Part shown: positions 44,846 to 54,938 of the stretch, piece by piece | Layout: the number at the start of each line of letters is the position of its first letter | Numbering within the stretch: position 1 is the first letter of the stretch | Made by a program: the position numbers and the translations under genes | Notes under the pieces: generated by a model | Told to the model about the DNA's origin: nothing | Seen by the model: the letters and a program-made list of their open reading frames with translations, nothing else | The model's database searches: none | Assembly: GCA_964252075.1 (NCBI GenBank) | Contig: CAXULY010000005.1 | Coordinates: forward strand, 1-64,000 | DNA length: 64,000 nt | DNA from: an uncultured Deinococcaceae bacterium | GTDB lineage: Bacteria; Deinococcota; Deinococci; Deinococcales; Deinococcaceae | Reading direction: 5' to 3'

Positions 44846-45511
44846 TCACAGGGACGTCCAGCCGATCACGTGCGAGGGCCTCGCGGGGCGCGCCTCGCGC
44901 TCCAGGCTGAAGCACAGGTAATCGGTGCTGCCCAGCGCCACCTCGAAGACGCCCGAGCGGCTGCTGCCCGCCAGCCGCACCGGGTCGCCGTACTTCCAGC
45001 CGCGCTGCATGCCCACCCACGCGTGGTACACCTCGCCGGGCGGGGGGGGCGGCAGCACGAACAGCGCGCGGCGCCCCGACGCCAGCAGCACGCGCCCGGA
45101 CGTGGCGCGCTGGCGGTCCCGCAAGGTCAGCACCTGCAGGTCCGGCCGCGCCAGCCAGCCCGCCACCACCGCCTGCCGCTGCCGCGCGCCCACCGCGAGG
45201 TTGCGTTCCCGCACGCCCCACCCTGCCGTCGCGACCGCAAGCGCCACCGCCGCCGCCGCGAGCCACGGCGCCCAGGCCGCGCGGCGGCGCGTGCGCGCCT
45301 GCACCAGCGCGAAGCTGCCGGAGTGCGGCTCCACGGGCGGCAACTCGTCCACCAGCGCCACCAGTTCCTCGCGCAGCGCCACCACCGTCCCCCGGCACGC
45401 CGCGCAGTGGTGTAGGTGCGCCTCCACACGCCGCGCGCCCGCGGCGCTCAGGTCGCCCAGCGCGAAGGCCCGCAGGTGCGCGCGGTCCGGGTGCACCTCC
45501 GGCGCGCTCAC
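44846..45511 (-). CDS. Zinc-finger anti-sigma factor (RskA-like)
   Basis: HLHHCAAC, TM helix, LPPPP.GEVYHAW. Confidence 0.8.
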   Translation of the reverse strand: MSAPEVHPDRAHLRAFALGDLSAAGARRVEAHLHHCAACRGTVVALREELVALVDELPPVEPHSGSFALVQARTRRRAAWAPWLAAAAVALAVATAGWGVRERNLAVGARQRQAVVAGWLARPDLQVLTLRDRQRATSGRVLLASGRRALFVLPPPPPGEVYHAWVGMQRGWKYGDPVRLAGSSRSGVFEVALGSTDYLCFSLEREARPARPSHVIGWTSL

Positions 45512-46041
45512 AGGCCCTCCAGGTTGCGGCGCATGGCGAGCAGCGCGCGGCGCAGGCGCGTCTTGACCGTGCCCAGCGGCAGGGCCTGACGGTCCGCGAT
45601 CTCACCGTGACTGAAGCCCAGGAAGAAGGCCTCGCGCACCAGCACGCGGTCCCGCTCCGGGAGGCGCGCCACCGCTGACCCCACCGTGGCGCGCGCGTCC
45701 GGGTCGTCCGCCGCGCCGTCCAGGCGGGCGAAGTCGTCGTCCGGGTCGTCGGTGGGGCGGGGGCGCGCCTGCCGCGCGCGCAGGCGCGAGATGGCCTCGT
45801 GCCGCGCGACGGTGTAGATGAAGGCGCGCGCCGAGCCGAGGTCCGGGTTGAACTGCTGCGCGCGGTCGAAGACCCGCACGAAGGTGTCCTGCAGCACCTC
45901 CTCGGCCTCCTGGCGGTGGTCCAGCAGGCGCAGCGCCAGCGCCAGCACCGGGCGGGACAGCAGCCCGTACAGCTCCGCAAGCGCCGCCTCATCCCGGCGG
46001 CGCAGGCGCAGCAGCAGTTCGGTCTCGCGGTCCAGTGTCAC
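45508..46041 (-). CDS. ECF sigma factor (SigK-like)
   Basis: AEEVLQDTF, EIA..LPLGTVKTRLRRA. Confidence 0.9.
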   Translation of the reverse strand: MTLDRETELLLRLRRRDEAALAELYGLLSRPVLALALRLLDHRQEAEEVLQDTFVRVFDRAQQFNPDLGSARAFIYTVARHEAISRLRARQARPRPTDDPDDDFARLDGAADDPDARATVGSAVARLPERDRVLVREAFFLGFSHGEIADRQALPLGTVKTRLRRALLAMRRNLEGL

Positions 46042-46131
46042 CTTGACTCAGGATACGCAGGGCGAGAGTCGGTTGGATTCAAAAGCGCGGTGGCCCTGTG
46101 GAGGCCGCCGCGCGAGGGGCGCCAGACTCCC

Positions 46132-46977
46132 TTACTTGCTTTCCATCTGTGCGGTGACCCGCAGGCCGGTGGGCGTCTGCGCGAGGCCCCCTTCGGCCGT
46201 CTCGCGCAGTTCGAGCGGCATCATGCGGCCCACCTGCGCCATCGCGGTGACCACCTCGTCCGGCGGGATGAAGCTCTCCAGGCTCGCCAGGGCGAGCTGC
46301 GCGGCGCTCACGGCGTGCACGGCGTAGAAGGCGTTGCGGCTCACGCACGGCACCTCCACGAAGCCGCCCACCGGGTCGCACACCAGCCCGATGGTGTTCA
46401 TGAGGGCGAGCGTCGCGGCGTGCACGCAGGCGCGCGGCGTGCCGCCCATCAGTTCCGTGACGGCGGCGGCGGCCATCGCGGCACTGCTCCCGATCTCCGC
46501 CTGGCAGCCGCCCGCCGCGCCGGAGATGAACATCTGGCGGGAGATGGCCTTCCCGATGCCCGCGGCGAGCACCATCGGCATGACGAGCCGCTCGTCCGGG
46601 AGGCCCAGGTGGTCCGCCACGCCGATGAGGGCGCCGGGGATGGTGCCCGCGCTGCCCGCGGTGGGCGCCGCGACGATGCGGCCCATGCGGGCGTTCTCCT
46701 CGTTCACGGCCATGGCGTAGGCCTGCACGCGCTTGATGAGCGGCGCGCCCAGGACGTCCGGCGCCTCCCACAGGCCCTTGGCGTTCCAGCCGACCATGCC
46801 GGTGATGCTCTTGGCGTCGCTGGCGAGGCCGCGCTCGATGCTGCTGCGCATCTCGCGGATGCGGTCCAGCATGATGCGGCGCACGGCGTCGGGCTCCAGG
46901 CCGCTGTCCTGGCAGTCCTGCTGGAGCACCCACTCACTGGCGGGCGCTGGGGCGTTCTGGATGTCGTCAAGGGTCAT
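46132..46977 (-). CDS. sdaAA: L-serine dehydratase, iron-sulfur-dependent alpha subunit
   Basis: [39 protein letters not shown]. Confidence 0.93.
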   Translation of the reverse strand: MTLDDIQNAPAPASEWVLQQDCQDSGLEPDAVRRIMLDRIREMRSSIERGLASDAKSITGMVGWNAKGLWEAPDVLGAPLIKRVQAYAMAVNEENARMGRIVAAPTAGSAGTIPGALIGVADHLGLPDERLVMPMVLAAGIGKAISRQMFISGAAGGCQAEIGSSAAMAAAAVTELMGGTPRACVHAATLALMNTIGLVCDPVGGFVEVPCVSRNAFYAVHAVSAAQLALASLESFIPPDEVVTAMAQVGRMMPLELRETAEGGLAQTPTGLRVTAQMESK

Positions 46978-47084
46978 AGGTGTGGGGGGCGGGCGGGAAA
47001 CGAACGCCCGTTCGTGAAAAGTATAGACGTGTCGCCACCCGCCGCCTGTAACGCGCGCACGGACCCGCCGGGGTACAGTCGGGC

Positions 47085-47342
47085 ATGCAGCTTGGCGCTT
47101 CCGGGCAGGTCCTGATGGGCGACACCGGCAACGTGGTCTTGGTCCGCGCGGTGGTGGCCCTCACCACCCGCCGCGCCCCGAACGGCGTGTGGTCCGTGCA
47201 GGCCCTCACGCTCGGACCCGCCGTGACCCTGCAGGACGGCCTGCCGGCCGAGGGCGCTGCGCGCGAGGGCGTGCAGGCCGCCCTGAACCTCATCGCGCCG
47301 CACCTGGCCGCCCTGACGCTCGACAAGGACGACGCGCCCTGA
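47085..47342 (+). CDS. Hypothetical protein
   Basis: 85-aa ORF; TACAGT 5 nt upstream. Confidence 0.55.
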   Translation: MQLGASGQVLMGDTGNVVLVRAVVALTTRRAPNGVWSVQALTLGPAVTLQDGLPAEGAAREGVQAALNLIAPHLAALTLDKDDAP

Positions 47343-47423
47343 TTGCAGTCCCGCCCGCAGGATCAAGAAGCGTGTAAGGCCGCCCTTTACGCGGCGTTTC
47401 ACGCGCGGCGTTAAGGTCTGGAG

Positions 47424-48662
47424 ATGAGCACCGCCGCCAAGAAAGGCGCCCTGTCCCTGCACACCTTCGAGGCCCTCCGGCACCGCGAGTTCCGGCTGCT
47501 GTGGTTCGCGCTGCTGGCGTCCGCGGTGGGCACCTGGATGCAGATCGTGTCCCTGAGCCTGCTGGTGCTGCGCATCTCGCACGGCAGTTCCCTGGCGCTC
47601 GGCACGGTGTCGCTCGCGCAGGCCGCGGCGTTCTTCCTGTTCTCCTTCGTGGGGGGCGGCTTCGCGGACCGCTTCGACAAGCGCCGCCTGCTGCTCGTCA
47701 CGCAGACGCTGCTCGCCCTGAACGCCGCGGCGCTCGGCACGCTGGCCGTCACGAACCACGCGACGCTCGGCGCGATCCTGGCGCTCGCTTTCGTGTCGAG
47801 CGCCATCCTGAGTTTTGACCAGCCCGCTCGCAGCGCCCTGGTGCCGCTCCTCGTGCCGCGCGAGGCGCTCACGAACGCCGTGGCGCTGCAGTCCGTGGCG
47901 TTCAGCGCCGCGAGCGCGATCGGTCCGGCCCTCGCGGGCTTCCTGGTGGGGTGGCTGGGCATCGCGGGGAACTTCTACCTGAACGCCGCGAGCTTCGCGG
48001 GCATGCTGCTGGTCCTGCGGGTGCTGCGCCTCCCGGAGCGCGCGCAGGTGCGCAACAAGGGGCAGCGCCTGTGGGCGGGCCTCAAGGAGGCCTTCGACGT
48101 AGTGCGCCGCGACCCGGCCCTCCCGTGGGTGATCAGCGGGTACGGCGTGCTGCTGTTCTTCGGGCCGAGCGCCTCCCTGATCCTCCCCATCTACGGGCAG
48201 CAGGTCCTGAAGTTGCAGAGCAGCGGCCTGGGGTGGCTGTTCACAGCGCTCGGCATCGGCACCATCACGGGCGGGCTCATCATCGCGTCCCTGCGCGACT
48301 CACGGCACCGCGGGCGGGTGCTGCTGGCGTCCATCGCGCTGTGGGTGGTGTCCCTCGTCTTCTTCGGCTTCGCGCGCAGTCTGTGGCCCGCCATGCTCGC
48401 GCTTCTCGTGTACGGCGTCGCGCTGAACGGCACGCAGTCGAGCGCCATCGCGCTCATGCAGTCGCGCGTGGAGGACCACCTGCGCGGGCGCATCATGAGC
48501 ATCAACACCCTCCTGATGATGGGCTTCCGGCCGCTCGGGGACTTCCCGGCGGGCGCGCTCGCGGGCGTCATGGGTGCGCCCGGCGTGGTGCTGCTCGGCG
48601 CGGGCGTGGTGGGGGTCTTCGGGTTGTTCCTCGGCACGCGCCGGGCGCTGCGCGAGGCGTGA
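47424..48662 (+). CDS. MFS transporter (MFS_3/EntS-like)
   Basis: GFADRFDKRRLL motif A, PARSALVP, RGRIMS; about 12 TM segments. Confidence 0.9.
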   Translation: MSTAAKKGALSLHTFEALRHREFRLLWFALLASAVGTWMQIVSLSLLVLRISHGSSLALGTVSLAQAAAFFLFSFVGGGFADRFDKRRLLLVTQTLLALNAAALGTLAVTNHATLGAILALAFVSSAILSFDQPARSALVPLLVPREALTNAVALQSVAFSAASAIGPALAGFLVGWLGIAGNFYLNAASFAGMLLVLRVLRLPERAQVRNKGQRLWAGLKEAFDVVRRDPALPWVISGYGVLLFFGPSASLILPIYGQQVLKLQSSGLGWLFTALGIGTITGGLIIASLRDSRHRGRVLLASIALWVVSLVFFGFARSLWPAMLALLVYGVALNGTQSSAIALMQSRVEDHLRGRIMSINTLLMMGFRPLGDFPAGALAGVMGAPGVVLLGAGVVGVFGLFLGTRRALREA

Positions 48663-48700
48663 AGAGGGGGCAGCCAACACGGCTGCCCCCTCCGTTTTAT
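48662..48700. terminator. Terminator between convergent genes
   Basis: GAGGGGGCAGCC-AACAC-GGCTGCCCCCTC followed by T-rich sequence. Confidence 0.75.
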
Positions 48701-50770
48701 TTAGCGCGCGCTGACCTGCACGTCGTCCACGCGCAGCCACGTGTCGCTGCCCGTGTCGTGGAAGCCCGCGTACACCGTCATGCTGGTGCTCGCGCCGGAG
48801 TTGAAGTCCACGGTGAGCGGCACGTAGCTCATGTTCCCCGTGAAGGTGGCTTCCGCGAGGGGCGTACCGCTCGTGCCGGGCCGCACCCCGAAGTACCCGC
48901 CCGTGAGGTTCGGGGCGCTCTGCACCCAGCCCGTCAGGCGGTAGTTGGTGTTCGGCGTGACGGGCACCACCTGCGTGATGGCGTTCCAGCCCGCTGCGCT
49001 CGTGCGGATCCAGGCGTTGTTCGCGCCGCTGTGCGCGAGGCCCGCGCCGCGGTCCACGCCCTTGTCGCCCGTGCCTTCCGCGCCCCACGGGGCGCCCAGG
49101 GTGCCGCTGCCCTGCTCCTCGAAGCTGGCGTCCGCCACCACGCGGTGGAACACCCCGAGTTCCGCGATGGACGTGAAGGTGCGCGTGCCGCCCGGCGTAC
49201 CCACGACGCGCACACCCGTGGCACTCACGGCGGGGAAACGCAGGGTGTAGGTCTTATTCGGCCCGGCGGCGCTGCTGTACGGGTACGGCGGCGTGACGCT
49301 CACGCCCGTGACGTTCACCCAGGTGCCGTTCTGCCGCACCTGCACGCCGAGGTTCGCGGAGAACCACCCGCCGTCCGCAAACATCTGCCCGGTCGTGTAA
49401 CGCACCTCACTCACCGTGTACGGCTGCGGCCAAGTGTAGCCCCAGAAGCCCTGCGTCTTGTTCTCGTCGTTCCAGTCGTCCTCGCTCTGGTTCAGCACGC
49501 CGTCGTTGTAGAACCCCACGTTCCCGAAGTGCGCGACGCGCTCGGTGGGCCGCACGCCCACGCCGGACACCGCGAGGTTCACCGCGTCGCTGCGCGGGTT
49601 CGTCGCCGCGCCGCCCAGGGCGGGCTGCAGGAACATGCGGCGCAGCGAATAATCGTACACGGCGGTGCCGCCCCCGCCGCACGAGCACACGTTGGACTGC
49701 AGCCACATGCCCTTGCCGTCCGCGCTGATGAACTTCGACGGGATGGTGGTGCCGTACCCGCCGTGCTTCGTCTGTGTCCACGGGTACCCGCCGAAGTCCT
49801 TGCTCATGAACAGCGTCCACGGCCCCCACGGGGTGGGCGACTCGTAGAACTCGAAGGTGTACTCCGTCCACGAGGTGTACAGGTAACGGTTCAGCGGCTG
49901 GTCGAACACCACGCCGCCCTGACTGATCACGCTCAGGTTGTGCGCGTTCCCGCTGTACACGGTGGGGTAGATGTGGCGGTCGTCGTGCAGCACGCTCACG
50001 CGCGCATTGATGTCGCTGCTCCAGCTGGCCGCGCCGCTCGCCTGCCCGGCGTAGAACTGCCACGCGCTGCGCGTCAGCACCTGCGCGGCGGGCACGCGCG
50101 CGAGGTACACGTCCACGGGGTCCGGCACGCGGTCCCCGAAGGAATCCCGCCAGTTGTGGTCCAGCCCGTACGCGTACACGTAGCCGTCCGGCGAGCGGGT
50201 GTTGTCCTGCCCGTAATCCAGGAACATGATGGTCGTGAACTTCCCGCCGCTGAACATCGGCGCGGCGCGGTTCCAGGTCCACGTGACCCCGTGGTCGTTC
50301 GACTGCGCGATGGTGGCGTTCGGCGCGTCGTTGAAGTCCAGCGCGAGGTCCTGCACCGCCAGGAACAGCTTCCCGCCCGCGCACGCCATGCCGGTGGGCT
50401 TGCGGGAGTACCCGCTGCCCGCCCACACCTGGCCGAGCGCGTCCCCGCTCGCGAGGCCGCTGCCCGTGAGGTTCGGCGGCGCGCCCTGAATGCGGCTCAC
50501 CACGATGTCGCTCACCACCGACCCGAAGCCCTTCCCGTCGCCGTTCGCCGCGTACAGGTTGCCGTCGTCCGACCAGCACGACGGCCACAGGTCGCCGTCA
50601 CTCGCGCTGCTCGCGGAGTGCGCGGACTCCACGAACGCCGTGCCCACCCAGCTGCTCGGCGGGGGGCTCGCCTGCGCGTGCAGCGCGCCGCCCTGCCCCT
50701 GCTGCGGTTGCTGCGCGCAGGCGCCCAGCAGCGCGCCCGCCAGCCACACCTTCCAGTGCCGTCCTCGCAT
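48701..50770 (-). CDS. Lipoprotein glycoside hydrolase, DUF4185-like propeller plus two C-terminal carbohydrate-binding-like domains
   Basis: LGAC lipobox; DGDLWPSCW..GDG, S.DHG.TW Asp-box, YVYAYG, ESPTPWGPW; discoidin-like and CBM-like (ASFEE..W) tails. Confidence 0.65.
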   Translation of the reverse strand: MRGRHWKVWLAGALLGACAQQPQQGQGGALHAQASPPPSSWVGTAFVESAHSASSASDGDLWPSCWSDDGNLYAANGDGKGFGSVVSDIVVSRIQGAPPNLTGSGLASGDALGQVWAGSGYSRKPTGMACAGGKLFLAVQDLALDFNDAPNATIAQSNDHGVTWTWNRAAPMFSGGKFTTIMFLDYGQDNTRSPDGYVYAYGLDHNWRDSFGDRVPDPVDVYLARVPAAQVLTRSAWQFYAGQASGAASWSSDINARVSVLHDDRHIYPTVYSGNAHNLSVISQGGVVFDQPLNRYLYTSWTEYTFEFYESPTPWGPWTLFMSKDFGGYPWTQTKHGGYGTTIPSKFISADGKGMWLQSNVCSCGGGGTAVYDYSLRRMFLQPALGGAATNPRSDAVNLAVSGVGVRPTERVAHFGNVGFYNDGVLNQSEDDWNDENKTQGFWGYTWPQPYTVSEVRYTTGQMFADGGWFSANLGVQVRQNGTWVNVTGVSVTPPYPYSSAAGPNKTYTLRFPAVSATGVRVVGTPGGTRTFTSIAELGVFHRVVADASFEEQGSGTLGAPWGAEGTGDKGVDRGAGLAHSGANNAWIRTSAAGWNAITQVVPVTPNTNYRLTGWVQSAPNLTGGYFGVRPGTSGTPLAEATFTGNMSYVPLTVDFNSGASTSMTVYAGFHDTGSDTWLRVDDVQVSAR

Positions 50771-50902
50771 GGTGCCTCCCGCCCCGCTCGGGGCGCACGG
50801 CGGGACGGGCGGACTCCCACTGGACCCCGCCGCCCGCTGCCACTTGTGGTCCCTCCGGTTCGGGTGAGGGCGCGCGCCGGAGGGACCGCGCGCCCCCGGC
50901 GC

Positions 50903-52540
50903 TCAGTGACCCGCCGACGAGACCGCCGTGGCGACCGGCGCGGCCGGTTCGAGCGTCACGCCGCACAGGTTCACCCGCACGCCCAGCGCGTCGAAGGCGG
51001 CGGCCTTCACCTCCAGCGCGCGCCGCGCGGTCGCGGCGTCCGGCGCGTACGCCACCTGAATGTGGTTCGCCTGGTGCTTCGCCATCATCTGGTCGCGCGT
51101 CACGCCGTCCAGCACGGCGTTCATCATGGGCCACTGGGGGTTCGTCAGCGCCCAGCGCCGCTGCACCTCCGCGTCCGGCAACTCTACCGCGCGGCCCAGC
51201 CCGAGGTCCGCGTGCAGCGCGCCACCCTGCACGTACACGCGCGACCACACGATCTCACCGGGTCGGCTCACGCCCTTCAGGGTGCCGCCGCCCTGCGCGA
51301 AGAACATGGGGGGCTGGCGCTCACTGGTGGCGCCCGCGTACCCGCCCGCGAAGTGCGAGGCGGGCGCCGCGCCGGAAATCATGAACAGCCACACGAAGCG
51401 CCCGGCGAAGTCCTCGCCCCAGCGCAGGTCGTGCAGGGTGGTGGAGGGGTCCAGGCCGAGTGCGCGCCACGCGCGGTGCGTGACGAGCGCGTCGAGCGCG
51501 GCGGCCTCGTCCACCTCGTTGAAGTGCGGGAGCGCCTCGTTCGGGTACAGCTCCTCGCCCGTGTCGGCGTGCCGCACGGGCGGGCGCTCCGGGTTGTTCA
51601 GCAGGCCCTCCGCGAGGTCGCTGGCAGGCGCGAGGTCTTTGAGGCCCTGCTGGTACTGAATGCCGACCGCGTCGCACCCGAAGCGGTGCGCGATGCGGAC
51701 CGCCGCGATGTACATCTTGAGCTGCTCCAGCGTCTGCGCGCGCGTGAGCTGCGTGGCGTGGTCCTCGCCCCACTGGAAGGTCATGCCGCGCGCCAGCAGC
51801 CACTGCAGGGCCTCCTCGGCTTCCGCGTCCTGCACGAGGCGCATCTCGGCGTACAGGGCGGACTGGCTGAGGCGCTCCTTGTACACGCCCAGCGGGTTCA
51901 GCAGCTCATCGTCAATGATGGCGTTGTACATGCCCATGCAGCCCTCGTCGAACACCCCGAGGATCGCCTTGCCGTCCCGCAGGGTGTCCGCGAGGTCCGC
52001 GCCGAGCCGCGCGGCCTGCGGGTCCAGCGCGCGGGCGTCCAGGGGCCGGGCGTGGCTGAGGTCGTGGCGCACCTCGCCCGTCTGCACCCAGTCCCGCAGC
52101 TTCTGCGTGAAGGCGTCGTCCGTGAAGTCGCGGCTCCACACGCTGCTGTAGCGCACGCCCGCCTTCGTGAGGCTGCCGTTCAGGTTCAGGAGGCCCACCA
52201 GGCCCGGCCATTCGCCACTCCAGTTCGCGACCGTCAGGATGGGCCCCTGGTGGTCCCGCAGGCCCGCCAGCACGTGGTGGCTGTACTGCCACACGGCCTC
52301 CGCAACAATGACGGGCGCGTCCTTGGGGATGGTGCGGAACACGTCCATGCCCATGCGCTGCGAGCGGATGAAGCCGTGCCCCTCCACGGGGTCCACGGGG
52401 TGCGCGCGCGTCACCTCCACGCCCAGCCGCCTGAGGGCCGCCGTGAGCTGCTCTTCCATGTGCGCCTGCGCGGGCCAGCACTGCTGGTTCGCCGCGAGGC
52501 GCAGGTCACCACTCGCCACCAGGTATGCGTTCTTGATCAT
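50903..52540 (-). CDS. L-fucose/D-arabinose isomerase-like protein
   Basis: ASGDLR..AN, NWSGEWPGLVG, DEGCMGMYN, GIQYQQG, HFNEVD, LHDLRWG. Confidence 0.7.
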   Translation of the reverse strand: MIKNAYLVASGDLRLAANQQCWPAQAHMEEQLTAALRRLGVEVTRAHPVDPVEGHGFIRSQRMGMDVFRTIPKDAPVIVAEAVWQYSHHVLAGLRDHQGPILTVANWSGEWPGLVGLLNLNGSLTKAGVRYSSVWSRDFTDDAFTQKLRDWVQTGEVRHDLSHARPLDARALDPQAARLGADLADTLRDGKAILGVFDEGCMGMYNAIIDDELLNPLGVYKERLSQSALYAEMRLVQDAEAEEALQWLLARGMTFQWGEDHATQLTRAQTLEQLKMYIAAVRIAHRFGCDAVGIQYQQGLKDLAPASDLAEGLLNNPERPPVRHADTGEELYPNEALPHFNEVDEAAALDALVTHRAWRALGLDPSTTLHDLRWGEDFAGRFVWLFMISGAAPASHFAGGYAGATSERQPPMFFAQGGGTLKGVSRPGEIVWSRVYVQGGALHADLGLGRAVELPDAEVQRRWALTNPQWPMMNAVLDGVTRDQMMAKHQANHIQVAYAPDAATARRALEVKAAAFDALGVRVNLCGVTLEPAAPVATAVSSAGH

Positions 52541-52604
52541 CACCACTCCCCACGGGCCCCGCACGGGCCCCTCAGGACGAAAGACGAAGCGTGGACGGGG
52601 GCGT

Positions 52605-53807
52605 TCAGGACGCGCCTTCGGTCTTCTGCGGCGCCGGGCGCGGCTCCCAGATGTTGCGGTACACCGGCAGGCGCTCCGCAGCGGCGGGCAGCGCCGGGAA
52701 GGGCGCGTGCGGCTCCGCCTGGTACCAGAAGGCCGTCGAGGAGAGTTCATCCGAGCGGCGGTTCGCGTGCCCGTGCTCGATCGTCACGCGGATGCGCCGG
52801 TGGAAGATCACGGGGTCCTCGATGTGAAAGCGGTACACCGTGACGGGCGACGCCCAGTTCTCCCCACCGCCCGCGATGATGCCGTGGTACGGCGCGTTGT
52901 ACTCCTGGTTCGGGCACCACGCGGTGTTGAAGTAATCCTCGGTGCCGGTGCCGTGCAGGGTGGGCGGCCACTGGTCGTTCGCACCCGGACTGGACTCCGC
53001 GCGGTCCGCGATGACGGGCGCGGGCGCCTCCTGCGCGATCTGCGGCGCGCGCCGCGCGTCCGGCACCTCCACGCCGGGCTCGCCGTCCACCCAGATCATG
53101 TCGTCGCCCTCGCCGTACCAGTCCCAGCTCGCGCCGCGCCGCAGGGAGTACACCGAGAACAGGCAGCCCACGTAATGCCCGTGCCCCTCGGCCTCCAGGA
53201 TGGTGTAGTTGCGCGCGCCGTCGGTGTTCGTGCCGCCGAACAGGAACGCCTCGTCACTTCGCTCGCCCTGCGCCTCACCATCGGGAATGGCGCGGCGCCA
53301 CTGCGCGTGGAAGCGCCCCACGCCGTCCTCCAGGCGCTCGTGCAGTTCGAGGTCCACGTAGTAGTAGAACAGCACCTCGTGCTCGCACTCGCTCTGCAGC
53401 GTGACGCGCATGCCGTCCGCGAAGGGCATGGGGAAGTAGCAGTTAAAGGCCTTGCCGTCCTGCGGGCTGGTCTGCAGGGGCAGGCTCGCGTAGTTCGCCG
53501 CGCGGCCGTGCCCCATCCCGAAGAAATCCCCGAGCGGCACCTCCACGCTGGGGGTGTCCTCGCCGTCCCAATAGGCGCGCAGGGTGAGTTTGCGCAGGTA
53601 GTTGGGGCTCTCGCACGCGACGGTGCACCAGATGTGCGTGATGATGCCCGCGCCCGTGAGTTCCGCGAGCGTGACGGTCTCGCCCGGCTGCACGTGCAGG
53701 CGGTCGTCGTTGCCGCCCGTGCGGTCATAACTGGCGAAGCGTCGGGGGCGGGCGTCACGCAGCTTGATGAGGCCGCGCAGCGGGGAAAGGCCAGCTTGCT
53801 GGGTCAT
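52605..53807 (-). CDS. DUF2961 / GH172 glycoside hydrolase (cytoplasmic)
   Basis: SYDRTGGNDD, HIW.T, YWDGE.PSVEVPLGDFF, GEGDDM, GTGTEDYF, IEHG, FWYQ; no signal peptide. Confidence 0.9.
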   Translation of the reverse strand: MTQQAGLSPLRGLIKLRDARPRRFASYDRTGGNDDRLHVQPGETVTLAELTGAGIITHIWCTVACESPNYLRKLTLRAYWDGEDTPSVEVPLGDFFGMGHGRAANYASLPLQTSPQDGKAFNCYFPMPFADGMRVTLQSECEHEVLFYYYVDLELHERLEDGVGRFHAQWRRAIPDGEAQGERSDEAFLFGGTNTDGARNYTILEAEGHGHYVGCLFSVYSLRRGASWDWYGEGDDMIWVDGEPGVEVPDARRAPQIAQEAPAPVIADRAESSPGANDQWPPTLHGTGTEDYFNTAWCPNQEYNAPYHGIIAGGGENWASPVTVYRFHIEDPVIFHRRIRVTIEHGHANRRSDELSSTAFWYQAEPHAPFPALPAAAERLPVYRNIWEPRPAPQKTEGAS

Positions 53808-53840
53808 GCAGGTCACTCCAGGGGGGTGGGGGAGAGGCGG

Positions 53841-54938
53841 TCAGCGCGTCAGATCCGCGCGCATCAGGTAGGTGTTGTACGGCCCGTACTGCGACATCAC
53901 GAAGTACACGGTGCGGCCCCCGTCCCGCTGCAGGGCGGCGCTCGTGAACGCGCCGTACAGCTGCGGGTAATCGCGCGCGGTGGCGAGGGTGTGGGGCGCG
54001 CTCCACGGTCCCCAGGGGTTCGGGGCGTCGCGGAGTTCCAGCGCGGCGCTCCGCTCGTTGAAGAAGCTGGAGGTCCAGCGGTTCAGGTAGGCGTTCCAGC
54101 TCAGCGACGCCTCCCCGAAGGGGCCCCTCACGACCACCACCGCGTCGCGCGCGGCCCGGCTCCACAGGGGCGCGCCGCCGCGCGCGTGCCCGGCGTAGTA
54201 CCGCCACGCGGCGGGGTTCGTGAGCTGGTCGGCGGGCGCGCGGGCGAGGCGCGCGTCCCCGAAGCGCCCGCAGGGCGTGCCGAGGATGTACACGAAGCGC
54301 CCGCCCGCGTTGCCGCGCCCCGCGTCCTTGCTGAGCGCCAGCATGTTGAAGGTGCCGCTCCGCTCGCCCACATGCGGGCCTTTCGGCTGCCACGTGCGGC
54401 CCCGGTCGCCGGACACCACGAACTGCGAGAAGTTGCAGGTCCACTCGCCGCCCTTCTGGGCGAAGCCGTGCACGGACATGGTGTGCAGCACCAGCTGACC
54501 GCCCAGCGCGATCAGGGCGGTGGGGATGCGCGTCTGCTCGCCGCGCTCGCCCGTGAAGGCCGGCTGGTGCGCGCCCTCCACCACGGCGGTCGCGCGCCCG
54601 TCCGCACCCGCGTGCCAGCCGGACCAGGTGAGGCCGTCGCTGGGGTCGGCGTCGGTGGTCCAGCCCAGCACGTTCGAGCGCCAGTTCGGGCCGAAGGGCG
54701 CACAGGTGTCCCCGTCGTACCCGAAGGTGTCCCCGAACGCGAGGTACAGGGTGCCGTTCAGGCTCGCGGGAAGGCCGAGGTCCGTGCCGCACACGTCCGC
54801 GCGCTTGGTGCTCGGGCGGGCGTCCGGCCCGGTGAGGGGCGCGACCAGCTGTACCTTCACAGCGCGGATTGCGGACGGCGCGGGGGCGCTCACCGCGCCG
54901 CCCAGCAGCAACCCCGCCAGCGCGAGGGCGCGCCTCAC
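53841..54938 (-). CDS. Secreted DUF4185 / GH183-like glycoside hydrolase
   Basis: Signal peptide; GTDLG, FGDTF, WRSN, IPT, PWGPW, YGAF, SQY..YN; GTG overlaps the permease stop. Confidence 0.85.
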   Translation of the reverse strand: MRRALALAGLLLGGAVSAPAPSAIRAVKVQLVAPLTGPDARPSTKRADVCGTDLGLPASLNGTLYLAFGDTFGYDGDTCAPFGPNWRSNVLGWTTDADPSDGLTWSGWHAGADGRATAVVEGAHQPAFTGERGEQTRIPTALIALGGQLVLHTMSVHGFAQKGGEWTCNFSQFVVSGDRGRTWQPKGPHVGERSGTFNMLALSKDAGRGNAGGRFVYILGTPCGRFGDARLARAPADQLTNPAAWRYYAGHARGGAPLWSRAARDAVVVVRGPFGEASLSWNAYLNRWTSSFFNERSAALELRDAPNPWGPWSAPHTLATARDYPQLYGAFTSAALQRDGGRTVYFVMSQYGPYNTYLMRADLTR

